Assembly (NCBI GenBank): GCA_965204745.1
Contig: OZ242010.1
Location: 4,704,001 to 4,768,000 of the forward strand
DNA from: Candidatus Latescibacterota bacterium
Lineage (GTDB): Bacteria; Latescibacterota; UBA2968
Length of the DNA stretch: 64,000 nucleotides
Direction: 5' to 3'
Shown here: positions 41,947 to 51,777 of the stretch, one piece after another
Position numbering within the stretch: position 1 is the first letter of the stretch
How the letters are laid out: the number at the start of each line of letters is the position of its first letter
Notes under the pieces: model-generated
The model's database searches: none
The model's input: only the letters and a program-made list of their open reading frames with translations
What the model was told of the DNA's origin: nothing
Made by a program: the position numbers and the translations under genes

Positions 41947-42074
41947 AACAAAAAAGCCGCTCGCAATGGTCAGCCCTCGCCCACTCCCCCAAAGGCGAGA
42001 AACCCATCGTTGGCCCCCGTGCCCGCCCGAATGTTTTGTCGATGGGCGTTTTGTCGCGTGCAAAACAAAAAGCC
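41947..42074. repeat. 128-bp direct repeat, right copy
   Basis: Matches 36874-37001. Confidence 0.92.
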
Positions 42075-42104
42075 CCCTGGATCGGAGGATCCAGGGGGCT
42101 TTTT
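42067..42104. terminator. Bidirectional intrinsic terminator
   Basis: aaaaagccccctggatc-ggag-gatccagggggcttttt. Confidence 0.85.
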
Positions 42105-42229
42105 GCGTGGGTTGAGCGAGTTTTAATCATCGGGATCACTTTCAATTTCCCCCTTGGCGACCCCCTCGGCCACCATCTTGATACGGTGGAGATCGGTTTG
42201 CGTGGGCGCGCTCACCTTTTTGTCGAGCG

Positions 42230-43356
42230 TCAACTTTCCTCTGAAGCCACCTCATCATAGACCTGGCAGACGGATTTCAGTTGGCCGGCGTATTGGTATA
42301 TATCATTCACAGAATCGATGGGCACTCGGAGCTCTTCCCTGTCCGTACCTTCGAAGGTAAAAGTCTCCAAGTATTTCTGGGATCTGTTGAAGTGCAGTCT
42401 GCTGTTGAAAGTCTGGGCTTTCTGCCGTTGTCGTCCAAGAGGATACCGCAATAACTGATGCGGTCGCGCATCGTTACGCGCGAAAGGTTGACCGTGCCGT
42501 AAAGGATGGATTTCACGGCAAAAAATGCCTCCCACTCTTCTTCGGTTGTAACGATCAAATCATCACCTTCTCTATCTTCATCGTCTTGGGCCACGTCCAA
42601 ATCTGGTTGCTCCGAGTCCGGTGCAGAGACAGGGGCAACTTCGCCTCCGAGTGCTGATTTTAGTCGCTCATTGAGGATATCATTTACAAATTGATGGAAG
42701 GCCCGCTTAGCGACAGGTGCAAACTGTTCAATCACGGTTTGGGTTTTGGGTCGAGAATAAACATTGGTGATACAGAAGCGCACAAAATCCTCTGTGGGAG
42801 ACTCGTATTCCGCAGCCAAGATGTGTTTGATTTCCCGCATATATTTGAGCTCGCTTGCCGTGCTCAAGATGCTACCAACATCGAAATTGGCTTTGGTAAA
42901 TTTTTTCAGTTGCTCGACAAGAGATTCCCGAATGTCCAGCAGATTCAGCTCGAGAAATGGTTTGTCGTCCATCCGGTTTGCGGCTTCAATATCCGAAAAA
43001 AAGCGATATGCGATACCATTGGTGAGCACGCCGAAGCGAACCTCTTGAATAGCCGAAAAGTAGCGAAAAAGTTGACTGACATGCTCGCCGTCGAGATCAG
43101 CACCCGCAACCTTGCATTCAAACAAAATCGCAGGGGAGCCATCTTTGAAAATGGCGTAATCGACCTTCTCGCCCCTTTTGGTGCCCACGTCAGCGGTATA
43201 TTCGGGCACCACCTCGCGCGGATCAAAAACGTCATACCCCAACAAACGAATGAACGGCATAATGAGCGCGTTTTTGGTCGCTTCTTCAGTCTCCAACACA
43301 TCTTTCAAATCGAGTGCTCGCTCCGCCAGTTCTCGAATTTCATCAATAAAGTCCAT
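42230..43356 (-). pseudogene. HsdR N-terminal-domain (type I restriction-like) endonuclease protein, frameshifted near 42410
   Basis: TEEATKNALIMPF...PEY.AD.GTK.GEKVDYAI...LFECK. After LLDDNGRKP the expected RLHFNRSQKY continues in another frame. Confidence 0.8.
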
Positions 43357-43450
43357 CGTGCCTCCTTTTGGGTTGTGATGGGATTGTATCCGGCAAATCA
43401 CACTGACCGCATCGGCAATCGTATGTATTCGGTCAGGAGCCGGATGCGAT

Positions 43451-43802
43451 TGTGGAAGCCAGCCAGATAACAAGGGCGTCCTCAATGTCCTTGTCGTTTA
43501 AGAGACGGCAGGCAACGTGGGCCGCGATTCTGGTCTTTCCGGCACCGGTAGGTAGATGAGCGACGACTCGACGCTCATGAGATGATAGCGCCTGCAAGAG
43601 GTCGGTCAGCACCTGCCGTTGGTACGGATGCAACGGATACTTAGGACGGACCGTTGCCGCGTGTGTCTCAAACACCACAGAGTCCCTCGCATTCCTCATT
43701 GACCGTGAACAATGGAACATCGACAAAGCTGTGACCCGATGCCGTGAGGCCCTTTCTGAGATTGGTTTTCAGATTACCTGCGGACACGCGAATCAATGGA
43801 TA
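43451..43802 (-). pseudogene. Internally deleted duplicate of the PP-loop/helicase junction
   Basis: 43451-43702 matches 40761-41012 and 43693-43802 matches 41528-41637, joined at tcctcattga. Confidence 0.92.
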
Positions 43803-44025
43803 ATCGTCTCGCCATCTCGCGTCCAGGTTTGCGCGCCATCGTCGCTGTAATTGAACACCTTGACATGGCATGAAAACGCCCGCGGAGCCAACACGCGCAT
43901 GCCGGCTTCCCAATCCCCATCCGGAAAATTCGCCTTGGGCGGGAGTCAGAGGTGGGCGGTAGGGACTGATGGCTTTTCGCCTTTTGCCTTTCACGTCTTA
44001 CGTCTTACGTCTTACCTCTTACGTC

Positions 44026-45117
44026 TTACCTCTTACGCCCTTCAAAAACCGGCGCGACGTATTCGGGGGCGTATCGCAGACAGCGATAGATGGCGCGGCG
44101 GCCATTTGGATGGTGGTAGGGGTTGGTAAATTCCCAGACGATGTCCTTATCTGGCGTGACTTCAAAGAGGCGGGAGCGACCGCCTTCGCAGATCAGGGTG
44201 TTGCCATTGGGCAGGCGTTGCGCGCCGGAGATGGCCCGGCTGAAGAACGCATCTTTGGGATCGGCCACGTATTCCCAAGCAATGGTTTCGGTGATGGGAT
44301 CGAGTTCGATGACGCGAGAATATCCGCGCAGGGTGCCGTTGTCAAAAATGAGGACATTGCCATTTGCGAGCATGTGGGGCTTGTGTTGCCCGTCGATGAT
44401 GCCCGGCCCCCAGGCCCAAACGATGTCGCCCGTGGCGTAGTCGATGACGCCGATGACGTCGTTGCTGCGGTACGAGAAGAAGATGTTGCCGGGCTTGAAC
44501 CGCGCATCGCGGTGGGTTTCCCAGGTTTGGTTGGCCGGGATGAGTTGGAGCGTGTTGTTGTGCGCCCAGTCAAAGGCGAATTGCCCGGTGGCGCGGTCCA
44601 AGACGTGTTGCCACGCTTCGGGCGACAAACAGGCTTCCAAGTCTTCGAGATGCTCCTCGCCTTTCCATTCCCACACCAAGTCCTTGTCGCGGGTGATTTC
44701 GATCATGTAGGGATGACGCTTGAGTTCAGGCCCCAAGGGCGGGCACATGGTTTCGTTGAGGGTGTGGATGAGCAAGTTGCCGTTGTCGCGCACCTGAAAG
44801 TCGTGGTCCGTGCGACAGCGCACGCGCCAGACCAACGCGCCATCCGGGTCGTATTCAAAAATGCCGACAGTGTTGCACTGGGTGACGCCCGAGCGGTCGT
44901 GCGTGGGCACCAAGAGATGCCCGTTGGGCAACAGCCTGCAATGCGATTGCACCGTGTGTTGCGCGAGATGCCACGTATGGGCAGGCTCTCCGTCCATGTC
45001 GATGAGGTACACCACCGCTTCTTTGCCGACTTCCCAGTTGGGTTCCGCAAAGGTTTCCGAAAACAAGGTGTAACCGCGATAGGCTTTGTCGGGATTGTGC
45101 TGTGTGATAGGTGACAT
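44026..45117 (-). CDS. Aryl-sulfate sulfotransferase (ASST) family beta-propeller
   Basis: GYTLF, HDF, DWAHNN, GQH.PH, FDNG, SGAQRLPNGNTLICEG. Confidence 0.88.
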   Translation of the reverse strand: MSPITQHNPDKAYRGYTLFSETFAEPNWEVGKEAVVYLIDMDGEPAHTWHLAQHTVQSHCRLLPNGHLLVPTHDRSGVTQCNTVGIFEYDPDGALVWRVRCRTDHDFQVRDNGNLLIHTLNETMCPPLGPELKRHPYMIEITRDKDLVWEWKGEEHLEDLEACLSPEAWQHVLDRATGQFAFDWAHNNTLQLIPANQTWETHRDARFKPGNIFFSYRSNDVIGVIDYATGDIVWAWGPGIIDGQHKPHMLANGNVLIFDNGTLRGYSRVIELDPITETIAWEYVADPKDAFFSRAISGAQRLPNGNTLICEGGRSRLFEVTPDKDIVWEFTNPYHHPNGRRAIYRCLRYAPEYVAPVFEGRKR

Positions 45118-45430
45118 TGTGAGGCTCCTGTCAGTGGTCAGTGCCCATCCTCTCCACCCCGCTACCCGTTCAAAGACGAGTAGCGTGTGTAGGGGCGACG
45201 CCCCCGTGCGCGCTCAAAGATACAAGAGGGAAAGGCGAAAGGCAAGAAGGTAGGAACGCGGCCCTTGTGCCCGCCCCAAGTGCATCCATGGCCGCAACGG
45301 GTTTGGCGGTGCGGGGGGTAATCCGCGTCATCCTTAAATCCGCTTAATCCGCGATCCGCTTTTTGAATTTTTTCTCATGATAACGCCCAAAAGTGCATCC
45401 ATGCCGGTGTAAAAACAAGCGTGGTCTGTC

Positions 45431-45459
45431 TTGACAACGCGCCAATCGTTCCGTAGTAT
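45431..45459 (+). promoter_or_regulatory. sigma70-type promoter
   Basis: TTGACA-17 nt-TAGTAT. Confidence 0.65.
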
Positions 45460-45505
45460 TCCGCATGGTTGCGTTTTTTGGATGTCCTATTTGAAAGGAG
45501 GAAAC

Positions 45506-45571
45506 ATGAAAATTTTCGTCCTCGCACTTTCGGCAAACAGCATACCCGATTCGCCTCCGGTGAGGTGCTGA
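45506..45571 (+). CDS. Putative 21-aa leader peptide MKIFVLALSANSIPDSPPVRC
   Basis: Strong RBS GAAAGGAGG 4 nt upstream; in frame with the downstream gene. Confidence 0.45.
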   Translation: MKIFVLALSANSIPDSPPVRC

Positions 45572-45691
45572 CGGCGGTTTGGTCGTTCACAATCTGTCCG
45601 TCATATCGCTCCTTTGGAGCCGCGGGTCTGGTATGTGAGGCACGGTAATTCGCCCACCATATCCATACCCTTGGAGGAGACGAGCGGACAA

Positions 45692-46066
45692 ATGTACAAT
45701 CCTGATTTTTGGGAAGTTCAATTCGATCAATCGGACTTGGAAATGATGCCGGACGATGTCGGCCTGTGGTACGAATCGCCCGAAGACCAACATTCGCGCT
45801 ACGACAGGGAAGACCGGGTCAAACGTCTCATCCCGCAGATCGATACCCTCTTGAATCGATCCCTGACGCAAAAACAATTTGAAGCCGCGGTCTTGTATTT
45901 CAAATACGGCAAAACCCAGCGGGAAATTTCCGAGATTATGGGCATTTCTCGCAGGGTGGTCAGCCAGCACTTGTTCGGCATTACGCGAAACGGAAAATCC
46001 GTGGGCGGGGCAGTGAAAAAACTTCGCAAGCTCTGCCACAAACACGGTATTGTCATCACGAACTAA
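45692..46066 (+). CDS. Sigma-70 region 4-type HTH protein
   Basis: SLTQKQFEAAVLYFKYGKTQREISEIMGISRRVVSQHL. Terminator follows at 46065-46099. Confidence 0.8.
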   Translation: MYNPDFWEVQFDQSDLEMMPDDVGLWYESPEDQHSRYDREDRVKRLIPQIDTLLNRSLTQKQFEAAVLYFKYGKTQREISEIMGISRRVVSQHLFGITRNGKSVGGAVKKLRKLCHKHGIVITN

Positions 46067-46357
46067 AAACCGCCTGGGCAATAAGCTCAGGCGGTTTTTG
46101 AATGAAAAAACTGCATCCACATTTGTGTTAAGTAGCCGAACCAACGGGTTGGTGCGGTTTGCTGGTATATCGGCACTCACCGCGCAAGACGCCTTCCGGA
46201 AGCGGATTTGTGCACAATCGAAAGGAGGTTCAATATGTCGCATAGTTACCCGGAGGGAATCGCCTGATTTTCGGGCTTTAACCCTTCAGCCGTTGGGCCG
46301 GAGACAGTGTCTCTGGCCCTTTTTTTGTGCTCCGGTCTGCGGTTGTTTTTTTTTGGC

Positions 46358-47830
46358 CTACGGATGGCGGTATTTGTCTCCGAATTTCTCTCGCAGTAGC
46401 GCGGCGCCTTCAGCGCGCCCGGTCTTTTCCAAGCGGTCGCAATAATTTTCAAACGCGCCCCAAGTGTGCATGGGGCCGCCCTCTTGCATGACGGTCCACA
46501 GCGGGTCATTGTCATGTGGACGCGGCATGGTCGCCATCATCTGGTCGTGCCAGTTCATCAAGCGGTACACCGCGTCGCGGCACACAGCGGGATTTTCGGT
46601 TGCGACATCGCGCATCTCCCACGGATCGTCTGCCAAGTTAAACAGCATCTCGCGGGGATAGAGGCGATACCCGTCGTGATACGTGCGAATATAGATCCAA
46701 TCGCCAAAGCGAACCGCGCGTTGACACACATGCGCGCACTGGCTTAGGATCAACTCGCTGCGCCCGGCGTCTTTGCCCTCGGCAATCGCGGGGGCATAGC
46801 TCTCGCCATCCCACAACGCTTGCTTCTGCCCGCCCAAGAGATCGGCCAAGGTGGGCGCCAAGTCGATGTTGTAATGCAGTCCGTCATCCACGATCCCGCG
46901 TTGCCCGCCCGGCCATTTGACGATCATCGGAATGTGGCAGGTGGCCTGATCCGCTGTGCCGTGCTCGCCGTAAATGCCGAGTTCGCCCATGTTCTCGCCG
47001 TGATCCGCGCTGATGATGATCGCGGTGTCGTCTAGCACCCCCGCGTCTTCCAACATGCCCACAATCAGGGCGATTTGATCATCCACATACCGAATCGCCG
47101 TGTCGTACCCGTCGATCATGCGCCGCAAATCGCCTATCGCGTCCAACCGCCCGGGATGCCGGGGAAAGCGCGGATTGGGCTGGTCGTGCCACATCATAAT
47201 GTCCTGCGCGGTGTGGGGGCCGACGAGCTTTTTGTGTTCTTCGAGCAACTCGGGCGTCAACCAGTCTGGCAGGGGCGCGTCGGCAAAGGGGTCGCCGTAA
47301 TCCGCAGGCGCACGATAGGGCGTGTGGATGTCCCAGTAATTGAGGTGCAAAAACCAGTTGTCGTCTGCGGCATTGTCCCGCAACCACTTTTCGACCACTG
47401 GGGTCACGTCTTCTGCGGACTCCATGCCGCCCTTGCCCGTGTTGTGAATCTCGTTGAAGCCCGCGTAAAAATGCCACGCCGCATGCCGCTGTCCAAACGG
47501 GCTGATCATCGCGGTTTTCAGCCCCCTGCGTTGCAAGAACCCGGCCAGACCCTCGTTGGCGAGCCGATCCCGAAACCCGCGGTCCGGCCCATTGATGCGC
47601 CGCTCTGCGGCCGTGCCGCCGTGCCCCACCACGCCCGAATGAATGCCGAATTGCCCGGAGTAAAACGCGGTGCGCGATGGCAAGCACGGCGCGTCCGTGG
47701 TATAGACCTGATTGAAGCGAATGCCTTGCGCCGCGATTTTATCTATAGTCGGCGACGTGTTGCGGTGATACCCATAGCAACCCAAGTGCGTGGGGTTCAG
47801 CGCGTCGAGGTCGAGGTACAAAATACGCAT
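46358..47830 (-). CDS. Sulfatase
   Basis: CLPSRTAFYSG, YWDIHTPY, SADHGE. Confidence 0.93.
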   Translation of the reverse strand: MRILYLDLDALNPTHLGCYGYHRNTSPTIDKIAAQGIRFNQVYTTDAPCLPSRTAFYSGQFGIHSGVVGHGGTAAERRINGPDRGFRDRLANEGLAGFLQRRGLKTAMISPFGQRHAAWHFYAGFNEIHNTGKGGMESAEDVTPVVEKWLRDNAADDNWFLHLNYWDIHTPYRAPADYGDPFADAPLPDWLTPELLEEHKKLVGPHTAQDIMMWHDQPNPRFPRHPGRLDAIGDLRRMIDGYDTAIRYVDDQIALIVGMLEDAGVLDDTAIIISADHGENMGELGIYGEHGTADQATCHIPMIVKWPGGQRGIVDDGLHYNIDLAPTLADLLGGQKQALWDGESYAPAIAEGKDAGRSELILSQCAHVCQRAVRFGDWIYIRTYHDGYRLYPREMLFNLADDPWEMRDVATENPAVCRDAVYRLMNWHDQMMATMPRPHDNDPLWTVMQEGGPMHTWGAFENYCDRLEKTGRAEGAALLREKFGDKYRHP

Positions 47831-48018
47831 GATGCGATCCTTTCAGTTTTGGTGTGTGGGACAAGTTATCTCTGAACGCGCTTTTTGGCAAGTCTCCCAC
47901 CCGCCCTTTGGTTCGGGTTATATCGGCTAAGAAACTTGCCTGTGATGGCTGAATAGGGTATCATATTGCCAAAGCGTTGTGTGCGTTTGTGGATCATCTA
48001 TTTTTGGGAGATAGAATT

Positions 48019-48645
48019 ATGAGCGGCGTATTCGTCTATTGGGATAATTCCAATATTTTCAATGAGGCGCAGCGCATTGCTTCAGAACGAGAAGGCACGG
48101 CGGGGGCCCGCTATTTGGTTCGCATCAATTTCGACAAGATGCTGCGCTTGGCACATGCCGACCGGTCACTGGAAAAAGCAGTCGCCGCCGGCTCTGTCCC
48201 GCCGGAAATGCGCCAATTGTGGAATCGGTTGGAAAATCAAGGCGTGGAAGTCCAGCTGTATGATCGGGGTGCTCCAGACCGGGGCGAACAGGAAATCCCC
48301 GACCGCTGGCTACAGTTGCGTATGCTAGAGCACGGTTGGGATTACAACGGCGACCCCGGCATTGTGGCACTGCTGACCGGCGACGGTGCGGGCTATTACG
48401 AGGGCAGAGGGTTTCACAGCACATTGGAGCGCATGCACCGACGGGGTTGGAAGATAGAAGTTTTGTCATGGGAACATTCATGCAACCGAAGAATGCGCCA
48501 ATGGGCAGAGGAGAACGGCGTCTTTGTTCCGCTGGACGATTATTACTGGGCCATAACTTTCAGGGAACCGTCTCGAGAAGGTCACGAGTTTGCACCCGCG
48601 CGCGACGAGATGGAACTGGATCTGACGCAACGACCAATGGTCTAA
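48019..48645 (+). CDS. NYN domain (LabA/DUF88, PIN-like) protein
   Basis: VYWDNSN, GEQEIPD, LLTGDG. Upstream TTGCCT-17-TATCAT promoter. Confidence 0.85.
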   Translation: MSGVFVYWDNSNIFNEAQRIASEREGTAGARYLVRINFDKMLRLAHADRSLEKAVAAGSVPPEMRQLWNRLENQGVEVQLYDRGAPDRGEQEIPDRWLQLRMLEHGWDYNGDPGIVALLTGDGAGYYEGRGFHSTLERMHRRGWKIEVLSWEHSCNRRMRQWAEENGVFVPLDDYYWAITFREPSREGHEFAPARDEMELDLTQRPMV

Positions 48646-48708
48646 GCCCCATCTCGCCTAACGCATTGTAGGGCCGTGCCCCCGGCCCTCTTGTTTAGGT
48701 TCTGTATC

Positions 48709-48936
48709 GGGACCTACCCCCCTAACCCCCCTTCCTGTGAGGAAGGGGGGAACTGTGAGCGGTTTTGCGAGGGGATTGATGAGGGATTTCTAATCGCTTT
48801 ATGCCCTCGCGCAACGCCATCAGAGCAACCAGAACTCTACGCCATCAAAGGGACTTTACTCCCCTTTCCTCGTAGGAAAGGGGCCGGGGGATAGGTCCCC
48901 TCGCGCAACGCCATCAGAGCAACCTAAGCCATCAAA
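48709..48936. repeat. REP/BIME-like palindromic element
   Basis: gggacctacccccc...gggataggtccc ends with GC hairpins; same family as 7168 and 51778. Confidence 0.8.
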
Positions 48937-49151
48937 GGACCAAACGCATTAACTGAGCAAGCAACACATTTGCTACTCTGTGCGTAACGGTAAAAAAATG
49001 AAATGTCAACACAACCTAGCCAAAAAAGGCACGCTGGGCGACAGCCTGTTCAAAGGCAAGTAGTGTGTGTAGGGGCGGTGCCCCTGTGCTCGCCCGAAGA
49101 TGCAAGAGGGCCGCTCTGGCCCATCAACTCGTCGTACACCAAGGAGGTCTC

Positions 49152-50159
49152 ATGAAAATTCTCGTCACAGGTGCTGCCGGGCAGGTCGGTTGTCGGCTCG
49201 TGCGGCAGTTGCTCGATCAAAACGATGACGTGCGCGGCACCATTCTCACAGGCGATCCCGCACGCAACCGGCTCGACGGACTCGACATCGAGTTGCGCGA
49301 AGGCGACCTGACCGATTTCGACTTTGTCGCGGATGCGGTCAAGGGCGTGGACGCGGTCATTCACACGGCCAACCTCGTCGGCCCGCATTTTGAACTCAAC
49401 AACCAGATCAACCTGCAAGTGACCCGCGCCTGCGAGGCATTTGCGGACCGCCTCGAACGCTACGTCTATACCAGTTCGTCGGGCGTGTTCCCCAACAATG
49501 GCGAAAGCGTCCCGTGCGCGTACCACCCAGTTGACGAGTTGCATCCCAAACGGCCCGACAGCGAATACTCCATGTCCAAGTATTTCGGGGAGATCATGGC
49601 GGAACGCGCTGCGCGGGAAACCGGGTTGCGCTATTCAATCGTGCGGCCCAGCCACGTCTTGTCCGGAACCAAAATCCTCAACCAGTTCAGCGTTGCCCGC
49701 GTGGTCAATACGCTCAAAAAAAGCCAGAGCAGGCCCGGCACGGAACTCCACATGCCCGACGGCACAGAACTCTGGCACGACATCGAAGCCCAAGCCGCGT
49801 CCCCGAATCAACCGTGTAGCATCACGGATCGAGACGGGCACCCGTGGCTGTACCAACCCCAAGACGCCCGCGACATCGCCCATTGCTTGGTCTGTGCCCT
49901 GAAATCGGGTGCGGCACTCGGCGAATCGTTCAATGCCGGCGCGCCCGAACCCTTCCCCTTTCCGGAAGGCGCACGCTTGATCGAAATAAAAAGAGGGGTC
50001 GAACCCCTCGAGGTGCAAGTCCCCCTCCGATACATGTACGATCACGCCATCGGCAAAGCCAAAAGCCTGATCGGCTATGCTCCGCAAGGCGATTTGAACG
50101 CCATGATCGAATCGGCCTTTGCGTGCGAGGAGGGCGAAACGGACTATACGTGGGATTGA
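49152..50159 (+). CDS. NAD-dependent epimerase/dehydratase
   Basis: MKILVTGAAGQVG, YTSS, YSMSK (YxxxK). RBS AAGGAGG. Confidence 0.92.
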   Translation: MKILVTGAAGQVGCRLVRQLLDQNDDVRGTILTGDPARNRLDGLDIELREGDLTDFDFVADAVKGVDAVIHTANLVGPHFELNNQINLQVTRACEAFADRLERYVYTSSSGVFPNNGESVPCAYHPVDELHPKRPDSEYSMSKYFGEIMAERAARETGLRYSIVRPSHVLSGTKILNQFSVARVVNTLKKSQSRPGTELHMPDGTELWHDIEAQAASPNQPCSITDRDGHPWLYQPQDARDIAHCLVCALKSGAALGESFNAGAPEPFPFPEGARLIEIKRGVEPLEVQVPLRYMYDHAIGKAKSLIGYAPQGDLNAMIESAFACEEGETDYTWD

Positions 50160-51181
50160 GACAGGCGTGCGCGCAACGCGTCGAGTAGCCCATCTGCGGG
50201 TTCGCAGGGCAAATCCACGGGGCGATGGGACAACGCGCTCGTGTAAATCCCGAGCAGAATATTGAAATCGCGCAGGGCCAAGTCGAGATTGAGCGGATGA
50301 ATTTTTGCATCGTCTTCAACCCAGGCGAGCATCGCATCGGTCATCGCGGCCTGGCCCAAAACATCTTCCTCCGGATATTCGTGCGTGCCGCGCTCGATGC
50401 GTCCATCGATTCCCACTTCCCATGACCACATCGTCCAATGCACAAACCCGCGCGTGCCGTACACCGCGACCCGCTTGTGGACATTCGTGCGATCCTCATC
50501 TTTCACGCGCGGGGCACAAGGCCCGGAAATGAGTTGGGCGCGCAGGCCATCGGCGTATTCTATCGCGCCGATGCACTGGTCCGGCGCGAAATGCTTTTGG
50601 GGCGTATCCGCCAAGCCATCCGCGCCAGCGACTTGGCCCATGACCCCAATCGGCACGCCCTCCGGATGAAACGCGCTTATGGCCTGCAAGGTGTGCGTGC
50701 CTTGATACGCCAGATTCATGCCACAACTCGCGTCGATAAATCGCACCTCGCCGATATCTCCCCGGCGGACGATGGCTTGCAACTGTTGCCTGCGCGGGTG
50801 AAAATGGAGTTGGTGATTCACGGCAATTTTGGTTTTCGCAGTCGCGGCAAAATCCCGAATCGCACGCCAATCCTCGCCCTGAATCGCTATGGGCTTCTCC
50901 ACCAGCACCGCGGGAATACCCGCGTCCTCTGCCGCCTCAAAAATCTCCAGCCGCACGCTCGGCGGCGTGTTCACATGCACGAGGTCCGGCTTTTCCCTTT
51001 CAAACATCTCCCGGTAATCCACATACCGCCTGTCCACGCCAAACGCATCGCCGAATGCGTGCAACTTCTCTGTTGTGCGCGTGGAAATTGCGGCGAGTTT
51101 TCCGCGCGTGACACACTGATACGCCTCTGCCAACCCGCGGGCGCGCCCGCCACTCACGCCGATGATCGCACATTTGAACAT
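50144..51181 (-). CDS. Gfo/Idh/MocA family oxidoreductase
   Basis: CAIIGVSG, DYREMFEREKPDLVHV, VEKP. Confidence 0.88.
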   Translation of the reverse strand: MFKCAIIGVSGGRARGLAEAYQCVTRGKLAAISTRTTEKLHAFGDAFGVDRRYVDYREMFEREKPDLVHVNTPPSVRLEIFEAAEDAGIPAVLVEKPIAIQGEDWRAIRDFAATAKTKIAVNHQLHFHPRRQQLQAIVRRGDIGEVRFIDASCGMNLAYQGTHTLQAISAFHPEGVPIGVMGQVAGADGLADTPQKHFAPDQCIGAIEYADGLRAQLISGPCAPRVKDEDRTNVHKRVAVYGTRGFVHWTMWSWEVGIDGRIERGTHEYPEEDVLGQAAMTDAMLAWVEDDAKIHPLNLDLALRDFNILLGIYTSALSHRPVDLPCEPADGLLDALRARLSQSHV

Positions 51182-51358
51182 ATATCCCCCAAAGTAGTCA
51201 GTGGTCAGTGGAAAAAGGTGAGACGCAAGACGGGAGAGGCAAGAGGGCCGCCCATCCACCCCGCCGTGTGCGTGCCCTTCCACTCTACCCCGCCATTCGT
51301 GCGTGCCCCGCTCATCCACCCAGCCGCCCGTGCGTGCTCTTTCCGCCTCGGGGAGGGG

Positions 51359-51763
51359 TTACAACTTATTCCGATTCGTCTCGGGTTGCCATGCGCGGAT
51401 GACAGCGGTTTCGAGGGCGTCGGTTTCTTCGGGGGTGGAGGTGAATGCGACAGAGAACATCGCGATGTCGCGGAACGTGCGGATGATGCGGCGCATGGCC
51501 GGATTGGGCACGTTGCGGCGGGGCAATTCGTCCGCGCAGTCCCGGAGGTGTTGCAACAATCGGCGGCGGATGCAGGTTTCGGATTTGCCCACGTAGATGC
51601 AGTCATATCCGTCTCCCACGGTAGCGGGCAACCACAGCGCGTACACCCCGCAGCGATTTGCAGGCAAGTTCCGCACCTGTGCGTGGCAAAACTGGAAGCG
51701 CGAGCGTTGCAAGCGGTATTTCATCCCGAACACGCGCTCTGCGATAGTGGGTTGATAAGCCAT
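51359..51763 (-). CDS. Small GIY-YIG nuclease family protein
   Basis: GVY...IYVGKS...RRRLLQH...LE..VI....P..N pattern. Confidence 0.8.
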   Translation of the reverse strand: MAYQPTIAERVFGMKYRLQRSRFQFCHAQVRNLPANRCGVYALWLPATVGDGYDCIYVGKSETCIRRRLLQHLRDCADELPRRNVPNPAMRRIIRTFRDIAMFSVAFTSTPEETDALETAVIRAWQPETNRNKL

Positions 51764-51777
51764 AGTGCCAATGTCCT

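Noticed and set aside
47880-48018. Small-RNA unit upstream of the second NYN gene
   Set aside because: Only a plain promoter is visible, with no hairpin-terminator unit like 57037-57543.
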